In this document: positions 12,371 to 26,417 of the stretch, one piece after another | Layout: each line of letters begins with the position of its first letter | Numbering within the stretch: position 1 is the stretch's first letter | DNA from: Lytechinus pictus | Lineage: Eukaryota | DNA length: 64,000 nt | Assembly: GCF_037042905.1 (NCBI RefSeq) | Contig: NC_087245.1 | Coordinates: 40,674,001 to 40,738,000, forward strand | Direction: 5' to 3' | Notes under the pieces: generated by a model | Told to the model about the DNA's origin: nothing | Databases searched by the model: none | Seen by the model: only the letters and a program-made list of their open reading frames with translations | Translations under genes and position numbers: made by a program

Positions 12371-13663
12371 TTGTAATAGGTGGCATTGTAGTTGAATGCC
12401 ATGACATTTAACTGTTGATAAACACCATGAACACGATAAGATGAAACATATGCTATTTTACATCGGCATAAGATCATGATCGGCATAAGATGTGAATATA
12501 CCGATACCTTTTTTATATCTCATCCTTGAACGCATTCAACTGTTGTGTGACCGGTCATGAGCACGAACGATTGTTACGTCAACACTTCAAATATCATTTC
12601 TCACTTGGAGTCTCTTCGATAAACACAGCGCATCCCTGCCGGTAAACCCTCTCAGGAACATTAGTTTAATCGGCAAGATAAACACAAGCTCGTCAGCGCT
12701 GCGTGCAGCTACCGCATCGTTAAAGAAGAAAAACGAAAATGAAAATGAAAAAATCGGGGGCAAACCAAACATGATGCCGGGGGTAAACAAGGCAGCTGTT
12801 AGGCTACATAGGTTTTGAGACATCCTCCTAATTGCGTGTCAATACGACGTGCAGATTTGGCCAGATCCTCTTACTCCCCGTCCTAAGGGTGATGTCTTTC
12901 GTACTGTCTCGAGACAAGTGGGTGTCCCATCCTTGATATAGGAAAACAGTGGTGACGGGATAGAAATTATAATTACCTATGATGATCTGACCATAATAGG
13001 CCCATCCATAGGTGACGATGGCAACGACGACGATGGTGGTGGTAATGGTGATGATAAAAAAGGTTATTATTTATATGAAAAAAATGAATTTGAAGAAGAT
13101 ACTACAACTACTGACAATATAACGTATTGTGTAATTGCATTTTGTGCAACAATATGTTTGGATTTATTTGTATTTTTTTATATGGAAATGGAATAAACTA
13201 TTTAGTATTGAATCTCTTGGTAAATTTAATGCAAATATTTGTTTTAGATATGATCCAATGCATAAGTATGTCTAACATGTCTAACTTCAGCCGGAGGTAC
13301 GTGTCACCCCATGATGATCACGTGTCTTCTGACGTAATGAGAACACCCTTAAACGTCATTACATATCACCTATAGGATGTTTGTGTGATAAACAGTTCTT
13401 TGTTTTGTTATGTTTCTACAGCATGTATAATATTTATTGACGTTGTGTAGGCCTATATTTTCCTCTGAAATTTCGTTTGAGTGAAGGACTCTTTAATTGA
13501 TCAATCGATCAATCAATTAATCAATCAACCAATCGAACCATTCCAAAGTCATTATGAAAGGTACGTCATCATTTTTATGCCCTTGACTCAATATTTGCCA
13601 TGTAATATCATATTTCACATTCATTTGGTTTTCTTTCCTTTCTTTTTTTCGTCTTGGGTGTGG

Positions 13664-13699
<36 letters not shown>

Positions 13700-13994
13700 G
13701 GGGGGGGGGGGGTTGGGATGGGGTGGGGTGGCAGAGCCCCTAAGCCCCTCAACCTGTACACCATTGATCAAGACCATTAAATCGTGAGGCAGTAGGGGCA
13801 CTTTTCAATTTAGGCTAACAGCTTGAAATACATGCTGGTCCCACTCAGAGAAAATAATGTGCGGGTTCATCATTCTCATCGAGGGTTTGGAGTCATATCT
13901 CATCGTCATTAACCCATTGCTGTAATTTCCCTGAGCGAGTCAGCACAGCGCATCTTACAAACAAAATCAAGGAGATATACACTGACCTAGTCAC

Positions 13995-14279
13995 CAGTGG
14001 CGTACCTAGGATTTTCCACAGGGGGGCAAATTCGTCCGCCAAAAAATTTGACAAGCCAAAAAAAAAAGGTCTTCAACCACAAATAAAGGGATTTCGTACC
14101 AGAAAAAAAATTGACAAGCAAAAAAAAAAAAAAAAAAGGTCTTCAAGTTCAAAGGAGCGGGATCAATTGTGACTCGTCAGGGGGGGGGGGGGGGCAGGGA
14201 TACGTCCCTTGCTTGGTTGTGACTCGTCAGGGGGGCAGTCTTCCCCCTCTGCCCCCCCCCCCCCGTAGGTACGCTAGTG
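13995..14279. mobile_element. hAT-like MITE
   Basis: CAGTGGCGTACCTA ... TAGGTACGCTAGTG termini. Perfect 8-bp TSD CTAGTCAC at 13987-13994 and 14280-14287. Confidence 0.85.
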
Positions 14280-14895
14280 CTAGTCACGATAGGACAACGA
14301 CCCTTGGACATCTTGCAATCATAACAACTGTCATCAATATAGCATCATTCCGACACTCTTCTCTTAATACATGTTGAAATGTTAATGCGTGGTAATGTAA
14401 TGGATTTCAGGACCCCGTCTTACAAAGAGTTACGATTGATCAAATACACCGCATCTATGGAAAGCCAGCAACGTCAACATCTAAAATACATGTTTCATCA
14501 AAAGATGTTCTAGATTTTGCTGTATTTAATCATACAATCAATGTTTTCGTGAAACTCAGTGTGCTTCTCTTTGCAATAGACATGGTAGAAAACACATTGT
14601 GCAAATTTAAATTCTAAAACTGTTATTAAACAAATTGTTAAAAAGCTGAACAATATAGTTGTTGAAGTTTTTAAAACTTTTCTTTAAAAAAATAACGCAT
14701 TAGAAAGTTTAAGAAATAGTTTCAACAATGTTAAAGTGACTGGCGTAAAGAACAATAAAAAACAATGTAAACTGCGTTTTTACATTGTATATTGTTATGG
14801 TTAAAAACGTAGTTAGGAAGGCGTAAACATAAACAGAACACCTAATTTCTATGTATACATGGTATATATGTACGCATTTTACGAGAAAAAAAATA

Positions 14896-14967
14896 TTCCC
14901 ACACCGGGAATCGAACCCGGGCCGCGGCGGTGAGAGCGCCGAATCCTAACCACTAGACCATATGGGA
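14896..14967 (-). tRNA. tRNA-Glu (anticodon CTC)
   Basis: Reverse complement TCCCATATGGTCTAGTGGTTAGGATTCGGCGCTCTCACCGCCGCGGCCCGGGTTCGATTCCCGGTGTGGGAA (72 nt). Cloverleaf, A and B boxes, CTC anticodon, T8 Pol III terminator 2 nt downstream. Confidence 0.96.
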
Positions 14968-15139
14968 TTGCCGTCGAGCGGTATGTGTTGTATTGAAATA
15001 AGTTCATATCAGCACGAGATAAACCCGTAACGCATTACGGTGGCAGAATTCTCTCCATTCAATAAGCGGGTTTTTCTTTCATCGTTATATATCTCTGAAG
15101 AACATTATGTAACGCCAGTGACATTAATCTTGGTGAATG

Positions 15140-15395
15140 GCTTAATGATAATGATGATGGTGGTAAACATGAAGATGAGAGAGTTTGCGATGATGATGAG
15201 GATGATGAGGATGATGATGATGACGATGGTGACGATGACGATGATGATGGTGATTATGATGGTGATGATGATGGTGGTGATTATCATGAATATAATGACG
15301 ATGTCAATGATAATGATGCTATAATGATTTTCATGATATTGACGATGTTGGTAATTATTCTGGTGATGATTAAGATTATAATGATGATTATTATT
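15140..15395. repeat. Imperfect (GAT)n microsatellite
   Basis: Direct reading; it resumes briefly after the MITE at 15640. Confidence 0.9.
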
Positions 15396-15399
15396 ATAT

Positions 15400-15638
15400 C
15401 ACAGTAAAAACTGTGGTGTTAAAACTGACACCAGTTGGTGTTAATAGAGGACCACACCCCGATGTGTTAAAATTACACCCTAGAGATTGAACATAACACC
15501 AAAGAGTGTAAATGTAACAACCAAATGTGTTGTAATAACACCTATAGGTGTTAAACTAACACCATCAATTTAACACCGGAGTAAAATAACTGGTGTAGTC
15601 CTCTATGTACACCGGTTAACACCACAGTTTTTGCTGTG
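15400..15638. mobile_element. CAC..GTG MITE, ACACC-rich family
   Basis: CACAGTAAAAACTGTGGTGTTAA ... TTAACACCACAGTTTTTGCTGTG termini. Near-identical inverted copy at 56064-56302. Confidence 0.85.
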
Positions 15639-16387
15639 TATGATGATGCTTATGATGGCAAAAGTGATGATAATGATGACGACGGTGAGAAAGAGACAAC
15701 GACATCATGTTTACTTAAATTTTGTAAGTATACTGCTTGATTTTGTAATGTTTTTTTTTAGTTTTCAATTTCTTTATTTTGTTCCTATATCAGCCTTCAT
15801 TTGTACAAAAAAGACGTAGAAGAATTACACAGAAAAGGTTCCGGGTACTACTTTTTAGGACCAAGTCCAGAGCAAAGTATAATTAAATGGGTAAGTATTT
15901 CTTGAATAATATGATTTCAACTTTGAAATGAAAGGGAGAGTTGCACGAGAACGATGATAAAGATGTTCATAAACTACCGAGTTCTTTACTGGACACGAGA
16001 GAAAGAACAACATAAAACGAACAAAGAACACTAAGCGAAATCGAACGCATGAAACACAGGGAGCAAAGTGGATACTTCCACTGCTCAGGAAAAAAAACGT
16101 ATACTTGTTTATATCCTAGTAAGTCGTTATCACAAAGAAATTTCAGAAACGTCGAAAAGAAACTGCCATCTCTCAACGTGGTATAAACAAGAACTTCCCT
16201 CATTTGCAATAATGAATGAGAAGTGAATAGGGTCGTATGATGTCGGCGGGTGCTAAATGGAAATCAAGATGAATCGACCAATGCAAGCGACCAATTAAAC
16301 CAACGCTGATTACCACTGTAGAATGTTAATTGAAGAGCCATTGTATGAGGGAATGATTTGCCTGAAAGACGATGTAAGGATAGTTTA

Positions 16388-16767
16388 TTTCCAATTCGTC
16401 TAATGCCAATTCGTCCGATTGCCAACTCTTCTACTATCATTTGGTCTACCGTCAGTTCGTCCACTCACCACATGGTCTTCTTTCAATTAGCCTAATGCCG
16501 TTCCGTCTAATAACCAGTTGGTCCAATGGCCATTAAGGCAATAAACCATTTGGTCTAATTGGACTCAGTTTTAAATTGTGCAAAATGAATAAAAATAAAA
16601 TGGGCAGTAGACCAACTGGTTATGAGACGAAATGGTAATTAGACGAAGTGATGATTGGACCAAATGGTCAAAAGACCAAATGGTTGTTGATGGACGATAT
16701 GGCATTAGACTAAATGAAAGTAGACCATGTGGTGAGTGGACGAGTTGGCAGTAGACGAATTGGCAAT
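16388..16767. mobile_element. Foldback-type dispersed repeat (MITE or helentron-like)
   Basis: CCAATTCGTCTAATGCCAA ... TTGGCAGTAGACGAATTGG inverted ends with internal GGTCTA/TAGACC subrepeats. Confidence 0.65.
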
Positions 16768-17049
16768 TTACCAGGCTGGGTGTGCGCATTTGTGTCTGTA
16801 GTATGTGGTGGTTTGTACTATGTAGGAGGTAAGGGGGGGGGGGGGTAAAGGTGACGTATTTCCCCCCAATCGAATAAGATATGTACTATAGATTAACAGA
16901 ATAACACGACCCGGGTTATACTCTACTCATTCTTTCCTCCCTTTTATTCTTCTCTTTCTTCCCTCTTATTCTTCTCTTCCCCCTTCCATTTCCCTTGTTT
17001 TTTTCAACACATGAAAAAACAAAAACAACAAACATAGGGGACGATCGGG

Positions 17050-17242
17050 TGACATCACATTTGCTCCTGCGACATTTGTTCCTGTTTTAATATCTCAGAG
17101 GACACAGGGTAAGAGTTAGGAATGTAGTAGAATTTTGGGGTCAGATTAATGTAAAGATAATGATTACAGCGTTTGTTTAGTTTTAGAGGTTAGGTTTTAT
17201 TTTTGGCTTAACGTGCAGATTTCCATCGGAGCGATTGTCACC
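17050..17242 (+). mobile_element. Helentron-associated (HINE/DINE-like) repeat
   Basis: Subterminal inverted repeat CATTTGCTCCTGCGACA with GTTAGG-like interior. Homologous to 25980-26186. Family assignment is inferred. Confidence 0.55.
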
Positions 17243-17649
17243 AGTCGTTCTTAAAAGTAGCTCTTAACTTACGAACAGCTTTATGAAATGGCCCCCTGGC
17301 ATTTGTTCATAAATCGCATACATAATATATTTTCATAATCTACAAACACTTACCAATACTTCTGAAATATGCAAGCCTAACATAATTATACAAATAAACT
17401 AAAACAGTATACCCGGTGCCATGTTTGATAAAACTTCGATATCAATTATAAAATGACAGAATTCCAACTCGTCATTGACACATTTTGCCCTCGGTCTCAA
17501 CCAATTCAATTTCAGTGACTTAAAACATCAGACTGTAACTCAATATTGCATGTCATCATTTCATATGAACATTGATTTTCTTTGTAAGCATAAATTCATA
17601 CAAAATCAGTTTGTCAGAACGAATATGTGCTGGTTATGTTTATAGAAGA

Positions 17650-17930
17650 AGGCGTATAAAGACCCTAGAAGCAAGGGCGGAAATCCGAAATCCCTCCTCA
17701 AAGGCAGCGGGGAACAGGGGCTGGAAATTTTGACAAGCAAAAAAAAAAGGTTATCACCCCAAAAGTAAGGTCATCTCATCCAAAATACATCTTTTATTTC
17801 GATTTTGAATGAGGTATTTCTTTCCATCCTAAAAGACCCAAAATAGTAGGGGGACATTCGACATTAGGTCCCCCTACTATTTTGGGTAGGGGGGACGCGT
17901 CCCCCTGTACCCCTGTGATTCAATGCCTAT
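17650..17930. mobile_element. Diverged hAT-like MITE
   Basis: Shares TTTGACAAGCAAAAAAAAAAGG and GGGGGAC/GTCCCCC motifs with the element at 13995-14279. Confidence 0.5.
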
Positions 17931-19964
17931 AGAAACAAAGGCTTGTGGTGAGATTAGCCTGCAATATAAAATCTGAATAAAAGGAAAGTCTTACTGTCTT
18001 GTGGACTTTTAAACCTGGTATTAAAGTGTAAATACAAATCTAACTAATTCTTCTAAACGTATTTGTATAATTTTCGATGAGATGTTAATCTCTGTCATCG
18101 AGACCAACTCCCATTTTTTTTATTAATATATTGACGTAAATGATCTTTGCGTAATGATTATGCCCATCATGCACATGCGTAGATAAGTTGCTGTCACTCA
18201 ACGGACCGTCGCCCGATTCCAAAGGCCAAGTACGCGGAAATGATATCTGCGAATGTAATGCGATCCCTTGATTCTTCCGTCATGGTTTGCCGAAAACCAT
18301 AGAAGGTCGTATCTCCTGCCTGGTAAACAAGCGCCCTTTTGGCTCTCATCGCTGTCGAATGTCATTTCTAATCCAGCCAAGAGAGGATGGATGAGACCGA
18401 AGTAGGACGCGGGTTGACCTCAGCCTTGCGCAACATGGGGAAATTGGACATCGATAGTAAATCATTACTTAAAGACGAGATGTATTTTTTTTTTATCAAG
18501 AAGAAAATGATGCATACACACAAGTTTAGAGTTCAGATTTCAGTTTTTCTCCAGTTTTTTTTATATATTTCTCATGACAATATCTACATTAATATACCAA
18601 CACAAATAATATAGCTTTATCAAATAATGACAAACTATCTAGTGATGGATGTATTTTTTAATAATTATATGAACAAAGTACATGAATTGACTAGGCCTAT
18701 TCTTACGAAGACCATGAGAAAAGATGAAGCAACAAGAAGATAAGCTTGTGTAACATTAGTCCCACGTCGGGTTCAATAAATTTTATAATTCTTTGAAAGT
18801 AAAACAAAAATGACATCAAAATTAAATTCCGTAAAATGTAAAAAAAAAATTGATAATTTTCAAAGGTCAAGATGCAACATATTGTTTGAATGTCTTGTCA
18901 AAAATTGCTTAGAATTCATGATTATAAACAATGACACTGAAATCACTTTGCATTGATAAAATGTAAGGTTCCTATGGTATTCAGAATGAAAATCATATTA
19001 AACAATATTACTTTCCAATACTGAAAAATACTTCTTGAATTTTCAATTTTAGGAGGGAGAGGGGACATCAATATAAAAAATGTGGCGTCCTTCAAATTAA
19101 TGATCAATATGGCGTCCCTAATTTTAAGAAGAAAAGAAACTAACAGGACTGAGGAAGACGCTGGATAAATTTTATAAAGCTGAAAGGCCTGATTGCGTGC
19201 TTACAGATCGATGGAAGTTATTGAGAAGCTGACTGGCTTTGCGGATTGTGCTATATTTCAGATTGTGCGGAGTTTCGAAAGGAGAATAACTTTTTCGCTA
19301 TTATAGGAACAGGGGCGGCGGAGCAATTGAATAAAGGGCACTTTCTATTACATATATCTTCTTGTTTTTAGTCAAATAATTTCATTCTGTGCGATGTTTC
19401 TGCTCTGAAAACAACCTTGATACCTTGTACATGACTGCGATTCACTGGATGTCTCACTTACTCCGCCAAGAACTACACCAAGTCCATTAATGTGATCTTG
19501 ATCCTCAGCTCTTTATGACGTCAAAAACACACGTGACCTACCCAGGCATCTCTGTCGTAACTGGTCGTTTGTTTGCTCATAATTTTGATCGATGAATAGC
19601 AGGTCATGTGACATCTATTAGCGTCCAATTACCTTGTGACGTCTTAAGGAGGAACGTGTGTTTCATTAAAGGAAGATGGTGTACTGGGATCTGGAAAATG
19701 GGGGGAATTAAATTATTACTATCTTAAATAAAAACACATCAGTGATGATGGCGAATAATAACACTGGTGGATTAGTAAACTTTGATTTGAGTAAACTTTA
19801 AGTGAACAGATAAGTCATAATGGCTCTGACCATGATATCAGTGAACACCATTCACTTCGTCACATTTATGTCTAGAATAGTAAGAGAAAATGGGATGGGG
19901 AGAAACGATTAAGGAGGACTGAAAACAAAAGGCATTGCTAGAAAGATTAAGGAGGTAGAACGAT

Positions 19965-20045
19965 TTCTTCTTCTTCTTTTTCGTTTTCTTCTTCTTCTTC
20001 TTCTTCTTCTTCTTCTTCTTTTTCTTGTTCTTCTTCTTCTTCTTT
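19965..20045. repeat. (TTC)n microsatellite
   Basis: Direct reading. Confidence 0.9.
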
Positions 20046-22964
20046 AATTTGGATATTAACAAGTATGTTGAAATATCAATATCTCCGGAAGATATTTATA
20101 TTTCAAAGAAGATTTCGGTGAGTTTTCATATATTTTTGTTTCAAATTGTGAATCATGTCATGGAGGGGTAATTTCCTTTTGAGTTCAGTGTGTTCAGAAC
20201 TTGCGAGACTTTCCACTCCTATACAGTTCCACTCTCTAATGTGACGTTAGTAAAAAAAAAAAAAAAGAAGGGTTTCAAGTTCACTAGCATGGTGGAATCA
20301 TTACCGTTTTGAAGTAATTGCATGTATAGCCTATAAAGGCATAATTAGATAATCGACTACGCCTATTTAAATCGAATCAATGGCTTTTAAAATACACATG
20401 CTAGTTTACTTCACCCTATGAATTTGGCTTAATCTTATATTTCACTTGAGTTATAGCTTCAAACACGGGAGGCTTGAAATAAATTTCTTGAAATATATTT
20501 CAGTTTCACTACGTAAAAAATGTATTTTTATAACACTAATAATTATGCAGCGTGGAGAGATGCTGTCGTGCAGTGAGAGTGTCAATGGTATTAATGTTAC
20601 AACACTTCAGTTACACGTTTTTTTTTGTCATCACCGCGCATCATGTAGCACTAAGTACCCGAGGCAGCGAAATTCCCACATTTTCTTTTTGTTATCTTCT
20701 CATCCTTCGTTTTACTCCCCACACCCTCTCAAAACATCAACAGAAAGAAGAGAAGATACTTGTATCATCATTTTGCAACATCTTTGGGCCGCTGGCGATC
20801 GAATACCGACAGATTGGTATGGCACACTTTTCTGCCCCGGAGCACCGGCGAGGCTGAACGGTATCAACGCGTCTCGTTTGGTGCCCACGGGGCTACATAC
20901 TTTCAGCGCTCTCATAATAGTAGTCTAACGCGCAGGCGATAATTTGTGATTAAACGGTATTTGGGGGTATTTACACATTCCATAAAGTTTAAGGAATATG
21001 AAAATAACCAAAATGCCGTTAACCACAAGTTATCACAAATTATGATATATATCAAGATTTACAATAGATATTAAGCTTCAAACACTTAATATGAATGTTT
21101 TATTTTTTTGTTACAAAAACATGGGCCTAACAGGGCCTAATAGACCTATAATTATCAAATGATTTTCAGAGAAAAGTGACTGATATTATAAGTGTCCCGC
21201 AAGTCCATACACTTTTAATTTTCTGCAACGAAACTAAATGAAATAAATAACCATGAAAAGAAAATATTCAACGAATGAAAAATCTAAAATTAGAGTAAAT
21301 TAAAGTGAATTATATAAAGGAAGGCATATATGCCAAATACATGTAAATATATATGAATTTAAAGAGATCAAATAAACAAACAAAATGATTCAGTCATAAA
21401 AATATCTTGGGAATAGAAGAGGAGTATTCGAAATATAAAAATGAAGAAGAAGAAATGAAGATATTAAGTGCAACTAAGAACTATTTGATATTGAGGGGGG
21501 TAACAATAACCACAACAAAATAATTATTTGACGAAGGTCATTGCTAGTGTTCGCATAAACATCTGACTATGTCTTCACCACGCGTTACTACACTCGCGTG
21601 CCCGATGTAATCGAAGCATTTTAATCTCATTTATACCGTTTACTTTTACACCCACCAATCAACGCCTCCGATTTCTCTACGCTGCGTTGAAACAAAAGTG
21701 CAAAACCAAGATGGCCGCGATCACTCTTCGTGGTACAGTGTTTCACGTCACTTTCCTGCTTCTAACTTTCATTCCTGGTCAAATAATTATGTGGGATTGA
21801 CTTTTAACAGCCGGTCAAGAGAATGCTTTGAAAATAATAATCATGAAGGGAGTGAGGTTTCAAGCTCCCATGCTGAAAATACAGAATATTAGAAAAAGTA
21901 ATTATTGTCAGTCAGCACAGTGAGGTGAATAGTTTAAGGGGCTTAGTGTTCGATATGGGCACCCTTTCAGAAAAAAATGCGCGTGAGCAAAACGAGCGAG
22001 CTAAAAATCACAGTGAAAAAAAAAATGTATTCTATCAAATACTTGACCTGATGTTAAATATCCAAGATATTGCCATGTTAGTAATGGAATTCGATGGAAA
22101 TTATGAAATAAATGATATGATTTAGCACAATTTTGTGAGCGTGAAAAGCGATACTTCATACGCCAATCAGTGCATGATTATTTTTTAGGCACCTAGATTC
22201 ATGGTAATCTTAGTATGCATTGACAATGTTTATTGCCAATCAATAACAACTGTTTTTAGAATGTTGGCATGTATATTAACATCTTTGACAAGGCAGCTTA
22301 ATATTGATAACACTTAATGGATGTAAACATCGTGCAGAAAAAAAATGAACATTGCAACAATTTTCAACAATTTGACGAATTTGGCAATAGATCCGCACAT
22401 TTTTTTTTTACACATTTTCATATATATTCATATCAAATGATCTTTTTTATTGTTTTTGTGAAATATGCTTAATATTTGCCTAATAACAGAGCAAAGATGA
22501 CAATTATCTCATTTAAAGGGCACAATAAAAACAATCAAGTCGTCTGTATGAATTATTGTCAAGACATAGAGGTCCCTGGGAAGGTTATATGTCTCAGAGA
22601 TCATTAGTTGATACATTGATCAACAGAGTTTTACACATGTCAACATTTGAGGCAGTTTAAGGGGTGCAGTGGGATGATGGCCCCTTATGCAGTGCATGGG
22701 GAAATCAGTTTAAAAGAGAACTCATACCATTTTCATATCTATGAATGTCAACATCGTACGAGGTCTTTGGAACGCATTATGTGCAGTCAGAGAGCGAGTT
22801 TGGGCCCCAATGATCATTAGTCACATACTTACATCAGTCAACATTATCACGATAATGTTAAATGGTTACAACATTGGCGTAGTTCAATTAAGGGAAACGG
22901 GGAGGGGATGGGGGTATTCCCCCTATACAATATCTGTGGGGATAGATTTGACAGAAACTATCAT

Positions 22965-23390
22965 TCCTGTCGCTGTCCTGTGTCCATCTCAGTCTTTTTT
23001 CTTTCTCTCTCTCCGTACCTCTCTACTGCACCTTTTTATTTCATTTTTTTTTTCATTTCGTGTACTACTCAGTTGCTTCATGTTTTTCATGTCATTGTCT
23101 CTGTTGGCAAACATCATGTTCTTTGCCCTGTGTCTATACATGTCATTATTACTTATGTTGAATTTCTTCGAGGGGTCCACAAAATACAAGCTATTGCTTT
23201 TCAGTGCTCTCCATTTTCACAGAATTAAAATTTATATTTTATTGTCATATTTAATTTATTGAATGTAATTGATATAATTTAGTTATTTCAAATAACGGTG
23301 ATACATATTTTGTTATTGAATTGATTTATTTCGATCAAACTGTGTTTTTAAGATTTGTATTTTATTGGAAATGAAATAAATGAAATGAAA
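22965..23390 (+). mobile_element. Probable 5'-truncated LINE 3' end
   Basis: Ends GAAATAAATGAAATGAAA, resembling the tail of the full LINE at 56923. Flanked by a ~80-bp direct repeat. Confidence 0.5.
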
Positions 23391-25644
23391 TTCAATTAAG
23401 GGAAACGGCGGGGGATATTCCCCCTATACAATATATTTGGGAAAAGATTTGACAGAGACTATCATAGACTGGTGACCTCACTTCGAATAAAATTAAAATG
23501 AACCAAGGTAATTCATTGCAGGGGACACGGGAACTTCTTACAATACGAGTACAAAATAATGCCTCTTAAAACAAATCTGAATGAATTAAATAAGAATTCG
23601 GTATCTGTGATCAAGAATAGTTATAGCATCGTATGTCCAACCAACAAAAAAAAACTATGAATGTATGTTTTATTTGTTTCTCTTGCTGACGACCGCCCCC
23701 TCTCCACCCTTCTCGATCGCAACCACGCAAGACACGCCAATTCAACCAATGACCCAGACGACGTACCCTGGGCCCGCGGGTTTAATGGCGTAATGGATGG
23801 CCAGAGATTTGCGATGGATCGAGATGGGTTGACTGCGGATAGAATTTCTAGGGGTTAGGGAGGGGGTAGGCCTATCGCTTGCGTTTTATACATTTTATCT
23901 TTGTTATAACCACAGTCTGTCTAGCTCATTAATAAAACTGATTAAGAATATTAAGTAATCAAAGCCTTGTAGTTTGTCGACTGCATGGCATCTATCCTCA
24001 CACCAGTACATAAACATATATGCGTGACACGTTGATTGTCTAGAGGAGTGAGGTGCAAGTCAAACATTATCATGCATGAAAGAACTTTCAAGTCAACATG
24101 ATAACATAGGATGGCCATTTTTGTATAGGCTTTACCCCGACTATCACAACATGAAAACATAACATAAGGCACTGGGGCGAGGTGACGTCAGAATAATATC
24201 TTCTTGTATACTATACCATGTCTGCAGATGGCCAGATAGATGGTGACGAAAATTATTTATAATAACCCCATCGCATTTTCTTCTCAAACAACGCTCTAAT
24301 TAGGGGTGTTTTAGAAAATAGACTTTGAATGCCAGTGTTAGCTTTGAGTTTTAGTATTATTTATGGTATTCAAATATAATTGTTCCGGCTAAACCCCTGC
24401 AAACACCAGTTATTACGTGATTAATACGAGCGGTCAGAACTATCACCGAAATCTTGTACAAAACTCGGGCGTGGCTTCTGACTAAGGGCTGTATTCTAAG
24501 AGGGATTTTGAGTGGAGATAACCAGGGCCTGGGAACGATTTTCTAAGGGGGGTGTTTGTTTGTCAAGAAATTCGACAAACAAAAAAGGACGACAATTACG
24601 AAAAAAAGCACACCAGTACCCCCGCTTCCTAGGGCCACGTCTATGAAGAATTTACGATTCTAAACATCATGAATCCCACCGACCGGCTATTCCATATACG
24701 GAGTAAAAGTTATGAGTATATGTGCATGTGACATTCGCATACGGGTACTGCGTCGTGCTAGTCTGACAACCACATATAGCTTTTCTGGGAGTTAAGGCTT
24801 AGCGTATTCAGCTTTAAGTGCAATTTTCAAATCATAATTTTGAAGTCCATCATACTGCTACAAAAATGTGGGTGAAGTATTATAAATGGTTTTAAAAAGA
24901 GACCTTCATTGGATAGAGGTTTCTCTGGTTGTGAAATGTACTTTTTCCACAAAACATCATTACTTTTTAATTGCGTTGGTATAAATATGAAAAATAGAAT
25001 ATTTAATCTTGATCAAAACATACTAATATTGCATGCAATACAATAATGCCTGCATACTAACGTTATCCAAGTACGGCAGGCGTTGCAAATGGCTGGGAGA
25101 AAACGAAATGCTCCGCCCCTGAATATTTATTTCAAAAAGCTGGAGTCCCATACACTGTCTTTCCTGTATAGCATATGCTGCATCGCGATCGCATCACACT
25201 GTCTGCTTTTCTGGTGCTATAACTCGATTTCCCCGACCTGAACTTGGCCCCCGGTGGAGAAAAAACAGACGCCGATGGCAATTAATCTCCGCCTTTAATT
25301 CGATGATCTTCGATAATAAGCCCCCACCATACTCGAAGTGCGGCTAATGGATGCTAATTGAACGGCTTTGCCTTGGTTTATTTTGCAAAAGATGTTTCAG
25401 GGGATCGCGGTGAGGGGAGATGGGGGTGTCTCTCTGACAAGGAGCTGCGATACGGTTTATCAAATAAAGATTGTTATTACCTCTTAATACCAGCGTCGGA
25501 TTAATGATACAAGTTGTTGAATGAAGTCATAATACTTGATCTACTGCTTCATTTTGAATGTCATCGACTGATGTTCAACTCTTTCTGGTAGATCTGAGTC
25601 ATATTTCCTTACGATGAGGTGGTTCAGGTTATAGTAGCCCCATA

Positions 25645-25890
25645 CACGGCAAAAAGTCAGGTGTTGATTTACCACCAGCCCGGAATCCATATATGTCCAC
25701 ACCAGAGAAGTGTTAAACAACACCAATTTGGTTTTGGTCTAACACCAGATAGGTGTTTTAAGTTTATAACACAAATTAATATTAAAACAGCATCGGTTTG
25801 ATTCCAATCTGATGTTGTTTCAATACTTCTCTGGTGTGGACATAATAATAGATTCCGGGCTGGTGTTAAAACACCGGAGTTTTTCCAGTG
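25645..25890. mobile_element. CAC..GTG MITE, ACACC-rich family (diverged)
   Basis: CACGGCAAAAAGTCAGGTGTT ... AACACCGGAGTTTTTCCAGTG termini with TA duplication. Confidence 0.7.
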
Positions 25891-25979
25891 TATACTGCCC
25901 ATATCGAGGGCCTCTCTATAATCTTAAATGACTTGATTATTCTTTTTTTTTCTAGAAGCCAATAAAGGACATAATACCG

Positions 25980-26186
25980 GTGACACGACATTTGCCCCTG
26001 CAACATGTACTCGGGTCTTAATATCTCAGAGGGCAAAGGGTTAGAGTTAGGGTTGTAATAGAGTGTTTGGTTCAGAATAATGTAAAGGTGAGGTTTAGGG
26101 TTTATTTGGTTTTTTAGGTTAGGTTTTATGTTTGGCTTAACGTGCAGATTTTCCTTCGGAACAATTGTCGCGGGAGCAAATGTTAT
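25980..26186 (+). mobile_element. Helentron-associated (HINE/DINE-like) repeat
   Basis: GACATTTGCCCCTGCAACA ... TGTCGCGGGAGCAAATGT inverted motif with GGGTTAGAGTTAGGGTT interior. Homologous to 17050-17242. Confidence 0.6.
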
Positions 26187-26417
26187 GGTACCCATGATGT
26201 CACACAGCAAAAACTGTGATGTGTGCATGAGGGGCCACACGAGTCACTAAAGTAAATTAGGCTAAATTCTTGGTGTTTAGTTCGACACATGCCGGTGTTA
26301 TCTTTTGGTGTTATTACAACACCTTTGGATGTTACTTCTACATCTGGATAAAAACCTGTTAAACACACATTTTAGATCGCATTGAACTAAATTTTCAGTA
26401 GGAGGCACCCTATATTT

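Noticed and set aside
22741..23262. 173-aa hydrophobic ORF, and 20446-20928 (160 aa)
   Set aside because: Low-complexity T-rich composition with no domain motifs; the first overlaps a repeat-derived insert.
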